Origin: an uncultured Flavobacteriales bacterium
Lineage (GTDB): Bacteria; Bacteroidota; Bacteroidia; Flavobacteriales; BACL11
Length of the DNA stretch: 64,000 nucleotides
Reading direction: 5' to 3'
Assembly: GCA_905478765.1 (NCBI GenBank)
Contig: CAJQJY010000003.1
Span: 10,488 to 74,487 of the forward strand
Positions 29,233 to 36,678 of this stretch are shown piece after piece (the stretch's first letter is position 1; the number at the start of each line of letters is the position of its first letter). Below the pieces are notes generated by a model. That model saw only the letters and a list, made by a program, of their open reading frames with translations, searched no databases and had not been told where the DNA came from. The position numbers and the translations under genes are program-made.

Positions 29233-30381
29233 TTAAATAGCCTTTTTGCCTTTATAAAGCAAAGTTAGCCCAATAATAGCTGTAAGAATCAAACTAAAAG
29301 AGATGATTTCAGCTTGAGTAATACCTCCCAAAATATTGTATTCAGTGTTAATTCTTATCTTTTCAATAAAGAAACGCTCCACACCATTAAATATTAAATA
29401 AATAAAGAACAAAGCTCCTGGAACTTTAATGTGCTTACGCATAGCCCATAGAATACCAAAAATTGTAAGAGACATAATCACCTCATAAAAGGCAGTAGGC
29501 CATACAGGGTTAGCTAATTCCATACAGAATTTTCCAGTACAGCCTTCAATCGGAACACCTGCATTAATTACATTATGAGGAAAAGTGTAGCTCCACATCC
29601 AATCAGGTAAAAAGCTCATCCATTCTGGTTTAGGAGAAATATTATCAATACCCCAATCCCCATCACCTGACATTTGACAACCAATTCGCCCAACTCCATA
29701 AGCTAACATTAAAGCTGGGGCAGCACTATCAATTAAGTGTTTGGTGTTAATCTTATATTTATTAGCATACCATATTACTGACACAGCTCCTGCAATAAGT
29801 CCACCATAAAAAGTAAGTCCACTAAATGATATTAACTGCCCAATAGGATCTGATAAAAATGCATCTATATTTTCTAAGTTATGGAATATTTTAGCACCAA
29901 TAATACCTGAAACAGCTGCTATCATTGTCATATTTCCTACTAACTCAAATGGGTGAACTGTTTTTTTAATGGTTTTAGGGGTACTGAGTTTCTGTGCTTT
30001 GTTTTCTCTCCATTTTAGGACGTAGGCAATAGCTGCTATTATTAAACCTCCTAAGAGATGCCCTCTTGTAGATAGTATGAAGGCCTGTGGATTATTTACT
30101 AATTCAGCATAATTAAATAACGCTTCTATTCCTTTAAATCCGATAATAAAACCAGTAATTATAGAGCTGATAATTTCGTTAGGAGTTAAGCTAAGTCCAA
30201 TTTGTTCTTTTATTATAATGGAAGATAAAAGACCTTCTTTTTCTTTTCTTTTTAGTTCAGAAGAGATTACCCAAGAAGCTGCAATAAATGCAATGGCAAC
30301 CCAAAAACCAAAAGTTTGTATAGGAAGTGGAATGTTAATTCCAAATAAATCAAAAAGTAAATGACTAATTGTAGGGTACAT
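29233..30381 (-). CDS. lgt: Prolipoprotein diacylglyceryl transferase
   Basis: 382 aa polytopic membrane protein with Lgt-family layout (YGVGRIGCQ region) and a long Bacteroidetes-type periplasmic insert. Confidence 0.75.
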   Translation of the reverse strand: MYPTISHLLFDLFGINIPLPIQTFGFWVAIAFIAASWVISSELKRKEKEGLLSSIIIKEQIGLSLTPNEIISSIITGFIIGFKGIEALFNYAELVNNPQAFILSTRGHLLGGLIIAAIAYVLKWRENKAQKLSTPKTIKKTVHPFELVGNMTMIAAVSGIIGAKIFHNLENIDAFLSDPIGQLISFSGLTFYGGLIAGAVSVIWYANKYKINTKHLIDSAAPALMLAYGVGRIGCQMSGDGDWGIDNISPKPEWMSFLPDWMWSYTFPHNVINAGVPIEGCTGKFCMELANPVWPTAFYEVIMSLTIFGILWAMRKHIKVPGALFFIYLIFNGVERFFIEKIRINTEYNILGGITQAEIISFSLILTAIIGLTLLYKGKKAI

Positions 30382-30384
30382 AGT

Positions 30385-31692
30385 TTAGTTTTTGGTTGTT
30401 AGCAATCGAGATTTCATTATACCATCTGTATCAATTTCTAAAAGCTTAATTCTTTTTTTTGTTCTGCAGATATCTGAGTTAAACGGAAGTTTTACTTTTA
30501 TATAATTGTCAGTAAATCCGTAAATCATTCCATCTCTATTGTCTTGCTCGAAAAGTGCAGTATGTTCTGTATTTATATATTTTTGATAAAATGCTCTTTG
30601 CAATTTGTTAGATAGTATTCTAAGTTGTTTACTTCTATCAGCTCTGGTTTGTTTACTAACTACACCCTCAAAATTAATAGCAGCAGTGTTTTCTCTTTCA
30701 GAATAAGAGAAAACATGCAAGTAAGAGATTGGTAAGTCTTTTATAAAGTTGAGCGTTTTATTAAATTCTTCATCTGTCTCACCAGGGAAACCTACAATTA
30801 CATCAGCACCTATGCATACATCATCAATTTTATTTACAATAGTGTTGATTTTGTTGCGGTATAATTTGGTTTGATATCTTCTCTTCATTTTTGCTAGTAT
30901 TAGATCAGAACCTGATTGCATTGGGATGTGAAAATGGGGCATGAATTTGTTGGAATGCTTTACAGTGTTAATAATCTCATCAGTAATTAAATTTGGCTCT
31001 ATTGATGAAATTCTGTAGCGTTCAATACCCTTTACTTGTTCTAGTTCAATAATGAGTTCTCCAAATTTTTTGTTATTCTTATCTTTAAATTCTCCAATAT
31101 TAACACCTGTAATTACTATTTCCTTAATATTATTAGCTGCAATATCATCAGCACTTTTAATAATATTTTCTATACTATCGCATCTGCTTTTTCCTCTAGC
31201 TAGTGGAATAGTGCAATAAGTACATGGGTAATCACAACCATCCTGTATTTTAAGGAATGATCTGGTTCTGTCATTTAAAGAGTAGGAAGTAAAATAATCT
31301 AGCTTCTCAATTTCACAGCCATGTATTTCAGTTTCTTCAACCGTCTTTAAATTGGTTAAAAGTTTAGGTAAATTGAACTTTTCATTTGCACCAAGTACCA
31401 TATCTACCCCTTCAATGTCTGATATTTCTTTTGGTTTAAGTTGCGCAAAGCAACCTGTTACCACTATAAATGCAGTAGGCGAGTTCTTTTTAGCTTTTCT
31501 TATTATTCTCCGGCATTCTCTATTGGCATTTTCAGTAACTGAACAGGTATTAATTACATATAAATCAGCTACATCTTCAAACTCGGTTTTAATAAAGCCA
31601 ATTTTCTCTAATTGCCTGCCAATAGTTGAAGTCTCTGAAAAATTGAGTTTGCATCCCAAAGTATAGAATGCTGCTTTTTTACCTTTAAACAT
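30385..31692 (-). CDS. mtaB: tRNA t6A37 methylthiotransferase MtaB (radical SAM MTTase)
   Basis: UPF0004 N-domain (FYTLGCKLNFSE...NTCSVT), radical SAM CDYPCTYC and a TRAM-like C-terminus. I prefer the ATG at 31692 (MFKGKK...) because a -7 box lies inside the longer ORF. Confidence 0.8.
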   Translation of the reverse strand: MFKGKKAAFYTLGCKLNFSETSTIGRQLEKIGFIKTEFEDVADLYVINTCSVTENANRECRRIIRKAKKNSPTAFIVVTGCFAQLKPKEISDIEGVDMVLGANEKFNLPKLLTNLKTVEETEIHGCEIEKLDYFTSYSLNDRTRSFLKIQDGCDYPCTYCTIPLARGKSRCDSIENIIKSADDIAANNIKEIVITGVNIGEFKDKNNKKFGELIIELEQVKGIERYRISSIEPNLITDEIINTVKHSNKFMPHFHIPMQSGSDLILAKMKRRYQTKLYRNKINTIVNKIDDVCIGADVIVGFPGETDEEFNKTLNFIKDLPISYLHVFSYSERENTAAINFEGVVSKQTRADRSKQLRILSNKLQRAFYQKYINTEHTALFEQDNRDGMIYGFTDNYIKVKLPFNSDICRTKKRIKLLEIDTDGIMKSRLLTTKN

Positions 31693-31696
31693 AGTG

Positions 31697-31704
31697 CAAA
31701 AATA
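31697..31704 (-). promoter_or_regulatory. Putative -7 promoter box for mtaB
   Basis: TATTTTTG on the - strand, 4 nt (cact) before the ATG at 31692. Confidence 0.4.
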
Positions 31705-31805
31705 AAGAAACACAAATGGATATTAGTTTTTGCAACCAATTTTATTTTATAGCCGTAATATAATGTAAGTTCTCCAAAACTTATGTTTGATTAAACCTTA
31801 TCACT

Positions 31806-32197
31806 ATGACCACATTATTACTGTTTATTTTTTTAAAAAGAAATCTTAGCTTAAAAATAGCTAGACAATGCAAATACCTTTTCCTAGTCCTAATAGCTAT
31901 GCTTGTATCCTTTAGTGCAACCCCAAAAGCAACTGCTTATTTTACGACAAGCACAGCAACATCAGGATGTGGCATGCTAGCAGTAGTGTTTGTTGATTTA
32001 TCTACTGGCAGCCCAGCATCATGGTTATGGGATTTTGGAAATGGCAATACTTCTAATCTTAAATATCCTGTTGCTATATTCTTAACTTCTTGAGTTTTTG
32101 CAATTAGTTAAAAGTTATAGATGGTATTATTACAAATATTAAGTCAACGGCTTCATATATAATAGTGTTATCTGTCGTTAATGATGCGTTATGGTGA
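31806..32197 (+). pseudogene. Decayed PKD-domain secreted protein (signal peptide plus one PKD domain, interrupted)
   Basis: The ORF encodes ...FVDLSTGSPASWLWDFGNGNTSNLKYPVAIF, a PKD signature, then hits TGA at 32091. The domain continues as VFAIS in frame. After a 1-nt deletion in the T run at 32108-32109 it continues as LKVIDGIITNIKSTASYIIV, ending at the TGA at 32195-32197. There is no downstream domain or sorting signal. Confidence 0.55.
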
Positions 32198-32329
32198 AAT
32201 TGTAAATAATGGCAAATACCTTTACATTTAGTTCTTTTTAATTATAATGGATTACTTTGGCTTTATAATGGCTATCAAAAACTTATGTGGTAATAATATT
32301 TACCTAAATTAGCCACTTAAAACTTAATT

Positions 32330-33895
32330 ATGAAGTGGAGAGTTAGCTTTTTTATTTTATTACTTTTTTTTGCAGCTTGTGGAATTGATGTTGATGATTC
32401 TGACAAGAAGATATTTAGGTATAATGAATCGGCAGGAATACATACTTTGGATCCTGCATTTTCTAAGGATCAAGCAACAATCTGGGCAACTAATCAACTC
32501 TTTAATGGTTTAGTTCAGTTGGATCATGAATTAAATGTTAAGCCATCTATTTCAAAAAGTTGGGATATTTCTTCTGATGCTCTAAGTTATACTTTTAATT
32601 TGCGTAATGATGTCTTTTTTCATGACCATGAGTTGTTTGAAAATGGAAAAGGAAGAAAGGTAACTGCTGCTGATTTTGAGTATTCATTTAAAAGGCTTTT
32701 AGATAAAGATTTTGCTGCTCCAGGAGCTTGGGTTTTAGGAAATGTAATTTCTTCTTCTGCTTTAAATGATAGCATCTTTATAATCAAATTGCAAAAACCT
32801 TTTCCTGCATTTTTATCATTATTGAGTATGCAATACTGCTCAGTAGTTCCTAAAGAAATTATTGATGGTACTGATTTTAATAGAAATCCTATAGGAACAG
32901 GTCCTTTTAAGTTTCAATTATGGGAAGATGGAGTAAAGTTAGTATTTAGAAAGAACCCTTCTTACTTTGAAAAAGAAGGAGAAGATCAATTACCCTATCT
33001 GGATGCAGTAGCTATTACATTTATACAAGATAAGCAATCAGCATTCTTGCAATTTATTCAAGGTAATTTAGATTTTATATCAGGAATTGATGCTTCTTAT
33101 AAAGATGAGATACTTACTAAAACTGGTGAATTGCAAACTAAGTATATAGACATTGTCAATTTACAATCTCAGCCGTATTTAAATACAGAATATTTAGGTT
33201 TTTTGATGGATAATAATCCTTTACCCTTAGAGATTAGGAAGGCTATTAATTATGGTTTTGATAGGGTAAAAATGCTTAAATACTTAAGGAATAATATTGG
33301 TACTCCTGCAATTTATGGATTTGTACCTATGGGCTTACCTTCCTTTAATACAAATGTAGTTGGATATAATTATAATCCTGAAAAAGCAAAAGAGTTGATT
33401 TCGGATAGTAATTTTGATACTAAACAGGAAATTGTACTTTCCACTACATCTACTTATCTAGATTTATGCGAGTACATCCAAAATAGTTTGCAAGAAATTG
33501 GTTTGAATATTAGGGTTGAGGTTAATCCGCCATCTACTCATAGGCAAATGGTTGCTACTTCCAAACTTAACTTTTTCAGGGGAAGTTGGATTGCTGACTA
33601 TCCTAATGCAGAAAATTATTTTTCTCTATTTTACAGTAAGAACTTTTGCCCTAAAGGACCCAACTACACTCATTTCAAAAGTATAGAATTTGATGCATTT
33701 TATGAGCGTTCTTTATCTGAAACTAATTTAGGTGTTAGATGGGAATTGTATAATAAAATGGATAAAATACTTGTAGATAATGCGGTTATTGTTCCTTTAT
33801 ATTATGATAAATTATTGCGTTTCTCACTTAAAAACATTGTAGATTTTAAAAGTAATGCTATGAATTTACTAGAGCTGAAAAGAGTTAGGAAGTAA
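32330..33895 (+). CDS. ABC transporter substrate-binding protein, family 5 (peptide/nickel type)
   Basis: 521 aa, lipoprotein-type signal (FFAAC), SBP_bac_5-like sequence (LDPA..., FKFQLWEDGVKLVFRKNPSYF). Confidence 0.85.
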   Translation: MKWRVSFFILLLFFAACGIDVDDSDKKIFRYNESAGIHTLDPAFSKDQATIWATNQLFNGLVQLDHELNVKPSISKSWDISSDALSYTFNLRNDVFFHDHELFENGKGRKVTAADFEYSFKRLLDKDFAAPGAWVLGNVISSSALNDSIFIIKLQKPFPAFLSLLSMQYCSVVPKEIIDGTDFNRNPIGTGPFKFQLWEDGVKLVFRKNPSYFEKEGEDQLPYLDAVAITFIQDKQSAFLQFIQGNLDFISGIDASYKDEILTKTGELQTKYIDIVNLQSQPYLNTEYLGFLMDNNPLPLEIRKAINYGFDRVKMLKYLRNNIGTPAIYGFVPMGLPSFNTNVVGYNYNPEKAKELISDSNFDTKQEIVLSTTSTYLDLCEYIQNSLQEIGLNIRVEVNPPSTHRQMVATSKLNFFRGSWIADYPNAENYFSLFYSKNFCPKGPNYTHFKSIEFDAFYERSLSETNLGVRWELYNKMDKILVDNAVIVPLYYDKLLRFSLKNIVDFKSNAMNLLELKRVRK

Positions 33896-33918
33896 GATAT
33901 TTACAAAATCATTATGAA

Positions 33919-33945
33919 GGTGGTTAAAAACTATTTTAGAGTAGG
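33919..33945 (+). promoter_or_regulatory. Orphan copy of the conserved GAAAAC-N-TAGAGTAGG element
   Basis: GGTGGTTAAAAACTATTTTAGAGTAGG matches 21/27 positions of the copy at 35900-35928. The next 11 nt match the 34155 copy at 9/11. No gene start follows it. Confidence 0.5.
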
Positions 33946-34133
33946 TATTTATAAACTAAGTATTATTAGTTTAAGCTGTTGCATTATCTGTAATTGCTTG
34001 TAGCAAATGTATTGATTTTACAAATTATCATCAAGGACTAACTTTTTTATTTATCGAAATAAAATATATTATTAATTTTATTACTGTTATAAAAAGTTAT
34101 TAAAAAAATAGTTGTTAAGTGTTTTTTTATTTT

Positions 34134-34141
34134 TAAGTTTG
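34134..34141 (+). promoter_or_regulatory. Putative -7 promoter box
   Basis: TAAGTTTG matches TAnnTTTG, 63 nt upstream of the ATG at 34205. Confidence 0.4.
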
Positions 34142-34154
34142 TTGAGAATTAAAT

Positions 34155-34184
34155 GGGTTAGCTGAAAACCATAAATAGAGTAGG
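34155..34184 (+). promoter_or_regulatory. Conserved leader element, copy B
   Basis: GGGTTAGCTGAAAACCATAAATAGAGTAGG ends exactly 20 nt before the ATG at 34205. Confidence 0.55.
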
Positions 34185-34204
34185 CATTTATACAATAAAA
34201 TAAA

Positions 34205-35254
34205 ATGAAAAAAATTCTATATTTATTAGTGTTGTTAATAATTACATCATGCGGAACTACGAAAGTAGTGCCTGTTGTTGAAGAAGTAAAGGGTTGTAAA
34301 GATAAAAATGCTATAAATTACAATTCGCAAGCTACTATTAATGATGGTAGTTGTAAATATGATAAAGTTGTTACTGATTATAATATATCAGTAAATGATT
34401 TAATGACCCTAGAAAAGGGCATGACAAAAAATGAGGTTCTAGTTGTAACAAAATTATTCCCTTATGAAATCTATCATAATGTAGATAATTGTGAAATTCA
34501 TGTTTACAATTACAGTAATCTTTTAAGAGAATTTGAAGCCGATATTGAGCATAAAAAAGCTGGGTTAAAAACAGGGGAAGATGTCTATAGTAATGAAAGA
34601 AAGCAAGTTCTTCTATATTACAGAAATGGATTATTAGATAATATTATAACTGAGCAAGCAAAATCAGCTCTTGTAAATGATATTTTGTGCTTTAATGAAA
34701 CTATATTAAGCTCATGTTCTACTGATGAAACTTATATAAAGTGCTTAGGATGTACAGATAAAGAAGCTCTTAATTATAATGCTTTAGCTAATTTAGATGA
34801 TGAATCATGTAAATATCCAATTATTAAAGGGTGTACAGATTCAGAGGCTTTAAATTACAATAAAGATGCAGTGGAAGATAATGGTAGCTGCAATTACTGT
34901 CCATGTGATTACAAACCAAACCCTGATTATGATCCTATAAGAAATTGTGGTGAAAAATGTATTCCAGAATTCGATTTCATTTCAGGATGCATGGATGAAG
35001 GAGCTATAAACTATAATCCTGAAGCAACTAAGGATGACAAATCTTGTCAGTACTGTCCTTGTGATACCGAAAACTACTATTATGTCTTAAATAAAAATAA
35101 AAATTGTGAAGGTGATCCTTGTGTTAAAGTGCAAAGGGTAAAAGAGAAAGAGTTAGCTAAAGAGAAAGATTGTTCATTATGCGATTTTATAGATCTTAAT
35201 GGTAAAATTGCTATTGAAGTAAAAACAGAGGGTATAATAACTAATAACGAATAA
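34205..35254 (+). CDS. Cys-rich repeat lipoprotein of unknown function
   Basis: Lipobox LIITSC. Four copies of a 23-aa module GC.D..A.NYN..A..D..SC.Y, a central GMTKNEV (SmpA/OmlA/BamE-like) domain, and two CPCD...NC...C segments. Confidence 0.8.
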   Translation: MKKILYLLVLLIITSCGTTKVVPVVEEVKGCKDKNAINYNSQATINDGSCKYDKVVTDYNISVNDLMTLEKGMTKNEVLVVTKLFPYEIYHNVDNCEIHVYNYSNLLREFEADIEHKKAGLKTGEDVYSNERKQVLLYYRNGLLDNIITEQAKSALVNDILCFNETILSSCSTDETYIKCLGCTDKEALNYNALANLDDESCKYPIIKGCTDSEALNYNKDAVEDNGSCNYCPCDYKPNPDYDPIRNCGEKCIPEFDFISGCMDEGAINYNPEATKDDKSCQYCPCDTENYYYVLNKNKNCEGDPCVKVQRVKEKELAKEKDCSLCDFIDLNGKIAIEVKTEGIITNNE

Positions 35255-35264
35255 AATATAAATT

Positions 35265-35804
35265 ATGAATAAAATAAAAAATATATTAATATTTCTAGGT
35301 GTTTGTTTATGTACTCTTGCTAACGCTCAGAAAATACAGAAAGAACATTTCACAACAATTGATAAATTATTTTATGTTGAAATTGGAATGACTTCAACTG
35401 AAGTTCAATCTACACTAGGAGTAGATCCATTTGATTTTTATCAAAACCTTGCAGAAGGTGAAATGATTGTTGAATACAGGTATTTGCATAAAAAATTACA
35501 AATTAAATCGAAAGATAATAATTATGTAAAATCAAATGGAGAAGATTATTTTACTGATGCATCTTCCATCTATTGTACTTTTGATATGGATAAGAAGTTG
35601 ATAGCTTTTTATACTGATTCTGGCAATGAAAATAGTGAAGATGCTTATATTTGGGAAAACACTATTAAGCAAGTGAGTGCAAATCCAGATTGTAGTAATA
35701 CTTGTGTAATTGTAGTTGAAAAAAAGGATGCAGAATCTAAAGAATTAGTAGAAAAAACTGAAAAAACTGAATCTAAAAAGAAAAAGAAGCTTTTTGGAAA
35801 ATAG
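35265..35804 (+). CDS. Secreted protein, paralog of the central domain of the preceding lipoprotein
   Basis: Signal peptide. IGMTSTEVQSTLGVDPFDFY...GEDYF aligns with KGMTKNEVLVVTKLFPYEIY...GEDVY of the upstream protein. Lys-rich tail. Confidence 0.7.
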   Translation: MNKIKNILIFLGVCLCTLANAQKIQKEHFTTIDKLFYVEIGMTSTEVQSTLGVDPFDFYQNLAEGEMIVEYRYLHKKLQIKSKDNNYVKSNGEDYFTDASSIYCTFDMDKKLIAFYTDSGNENSEDAYIWENTIKQVSANPDCSNTCVIVVEKKDAESKELVEKTEKTESKKKKKLFGK

Positions 35805-35874
35805 TATTTGAACTTTAACATGTTAATATAAAGTTATTATACACTTAGTACTTTATATATCTCTACTAGTGTCT

Positions 35875-35882
35875 TATTTTTG
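35875..35882 (+). promoter_or_regulatory. Putative -7 promoter box
   Basis: TATTTTTG matches TAnnTTTG, 66 nt upstream of the ATG at 35949. Confidence 0.4.
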
Positions 35883-35899
35883 TGATTTTTAAGAATAAA

Positions 35900-35928
35900 G
35901 GGGAAGCCGAAAACCATTTTAGAGTAGG
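35900..35928 (+). promoter_or_regulatory. Conserved leader element, copy C
   Basis: GGGGAAGCCGAAAACCATTTTAGAGTAGG ends exactly 20 nt before the ATG at 35949. Confidence 0.55.
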
Positions 35929-35948
35929 TAAACTAAAAATCATTTATT

Positions 35949-36539
35949 ATGAAGAAAAATTTTACAATTTTATGTGCAATGCTACTAAGTGTAGGTGTAT
36001 TTGCACAAGCACAATTTGGAGCAACGGCAGGTCTTAATATGGCAAATGTAGTAGGAGAAGACATGGAAACTGACATGAAAATGGGTATGCATGTTGGAGT
36101 TTCTGCTGCCTTTGAATTGTCTGATGCTATGACTTTAAAAACTGGAGCGCTTTATTCTACTAAAGGAGCAGTAGACTCTGAAGATGGAATGAAGGTTTCC
36201 TGGAATTTATCTTACATAGAAATTCCGTTAAATCTTTCATTTACTATTTCTGATCAAATGTCTTTAATGGTAGGGCCATATATTGGCTTACTTATGGGTG
36301 CTGAAGTTGAGATATCTGGTACTGACGGATTATTTGATGGAACAATTGATATGAAAGACGATACAAACGCAATGGATTTTGGTGTAAATCTAGGTGCTGG
36401 ATTTGCAGTTACTGAGGCTATTTCTATTAATGCTGGATACCAAATGGGTTTGATGCCTATAGATAGTGAAGGAGATGGTGATGCAAAAAATTCAAATATT
36501 CATATTGGCCTTACTTATAATTTTGGTGGAGGTTATTAA
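35949..36539 (+). CDS. Small outer-membrane beta-barrel protein (porin/OMP_b-brl family)
   Basis: Signal peptide, alternating amphipathic beta strands, C-terminal ...IGLTYNFGGGY aromatic terminus. Confidence 0.8.
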   Translation: MKKNFTILCAMLLSVGVFAQAQFGATAGLNMANVVGEDMETDMKMGMHVGVSAAFELSDAMTLKTGALYSTKGAVDSEDGMKVSWNLSYIEIPLNLSFTISDQMSLMVGPYIGLLMGAEVEISGTDGLFDGTIDMKDDTNAMDFGVNLGAGFAVTEAISINAGYQMGLMPIDSEGDGDAKNSNIHIGLTYNFGGGY

Positions 36540-36560
36540 GAGTAGTAAATGATGTAATAT

Positions 36561-36592
36561 AAAAAAAACCGAGCAAATAGCTCGGTTTTTTT
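36561..36592 (+). terminator. Rho-independent terminator
   Basis: CCGAGC aaata GCTCGG hairpin, preceded by A8 and followed by T7. Confidence 0.85.
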
Positions 36593-36678
36593 ATGTTTAA
36601 AACCTAAATAAGAATTAATGTAAACTAATATGCTATTTTTATACTTTTGTATTTATCATAAAAAAATCTTTGCACTAA

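Noticed and set aside
31806-32093. 95-aa ORF treated as an intact small secreted protein
   Set aside because: It stops in the middle of a PKD domain whose remainder is readable downstream across a nonsense codon and a frameshift. It is called as a pseudogene instead.
33914-34003. 29-codon ORF MKVVKNYFRVGIYKLSIISLSCCIICNCL as a real small lipoprotein or peptide gene
   Set aside because: It has no -7 box upstream, overlaps the orphan leader element and is too short to support from sequence alone. It is mentioned only as a possible gene relic.
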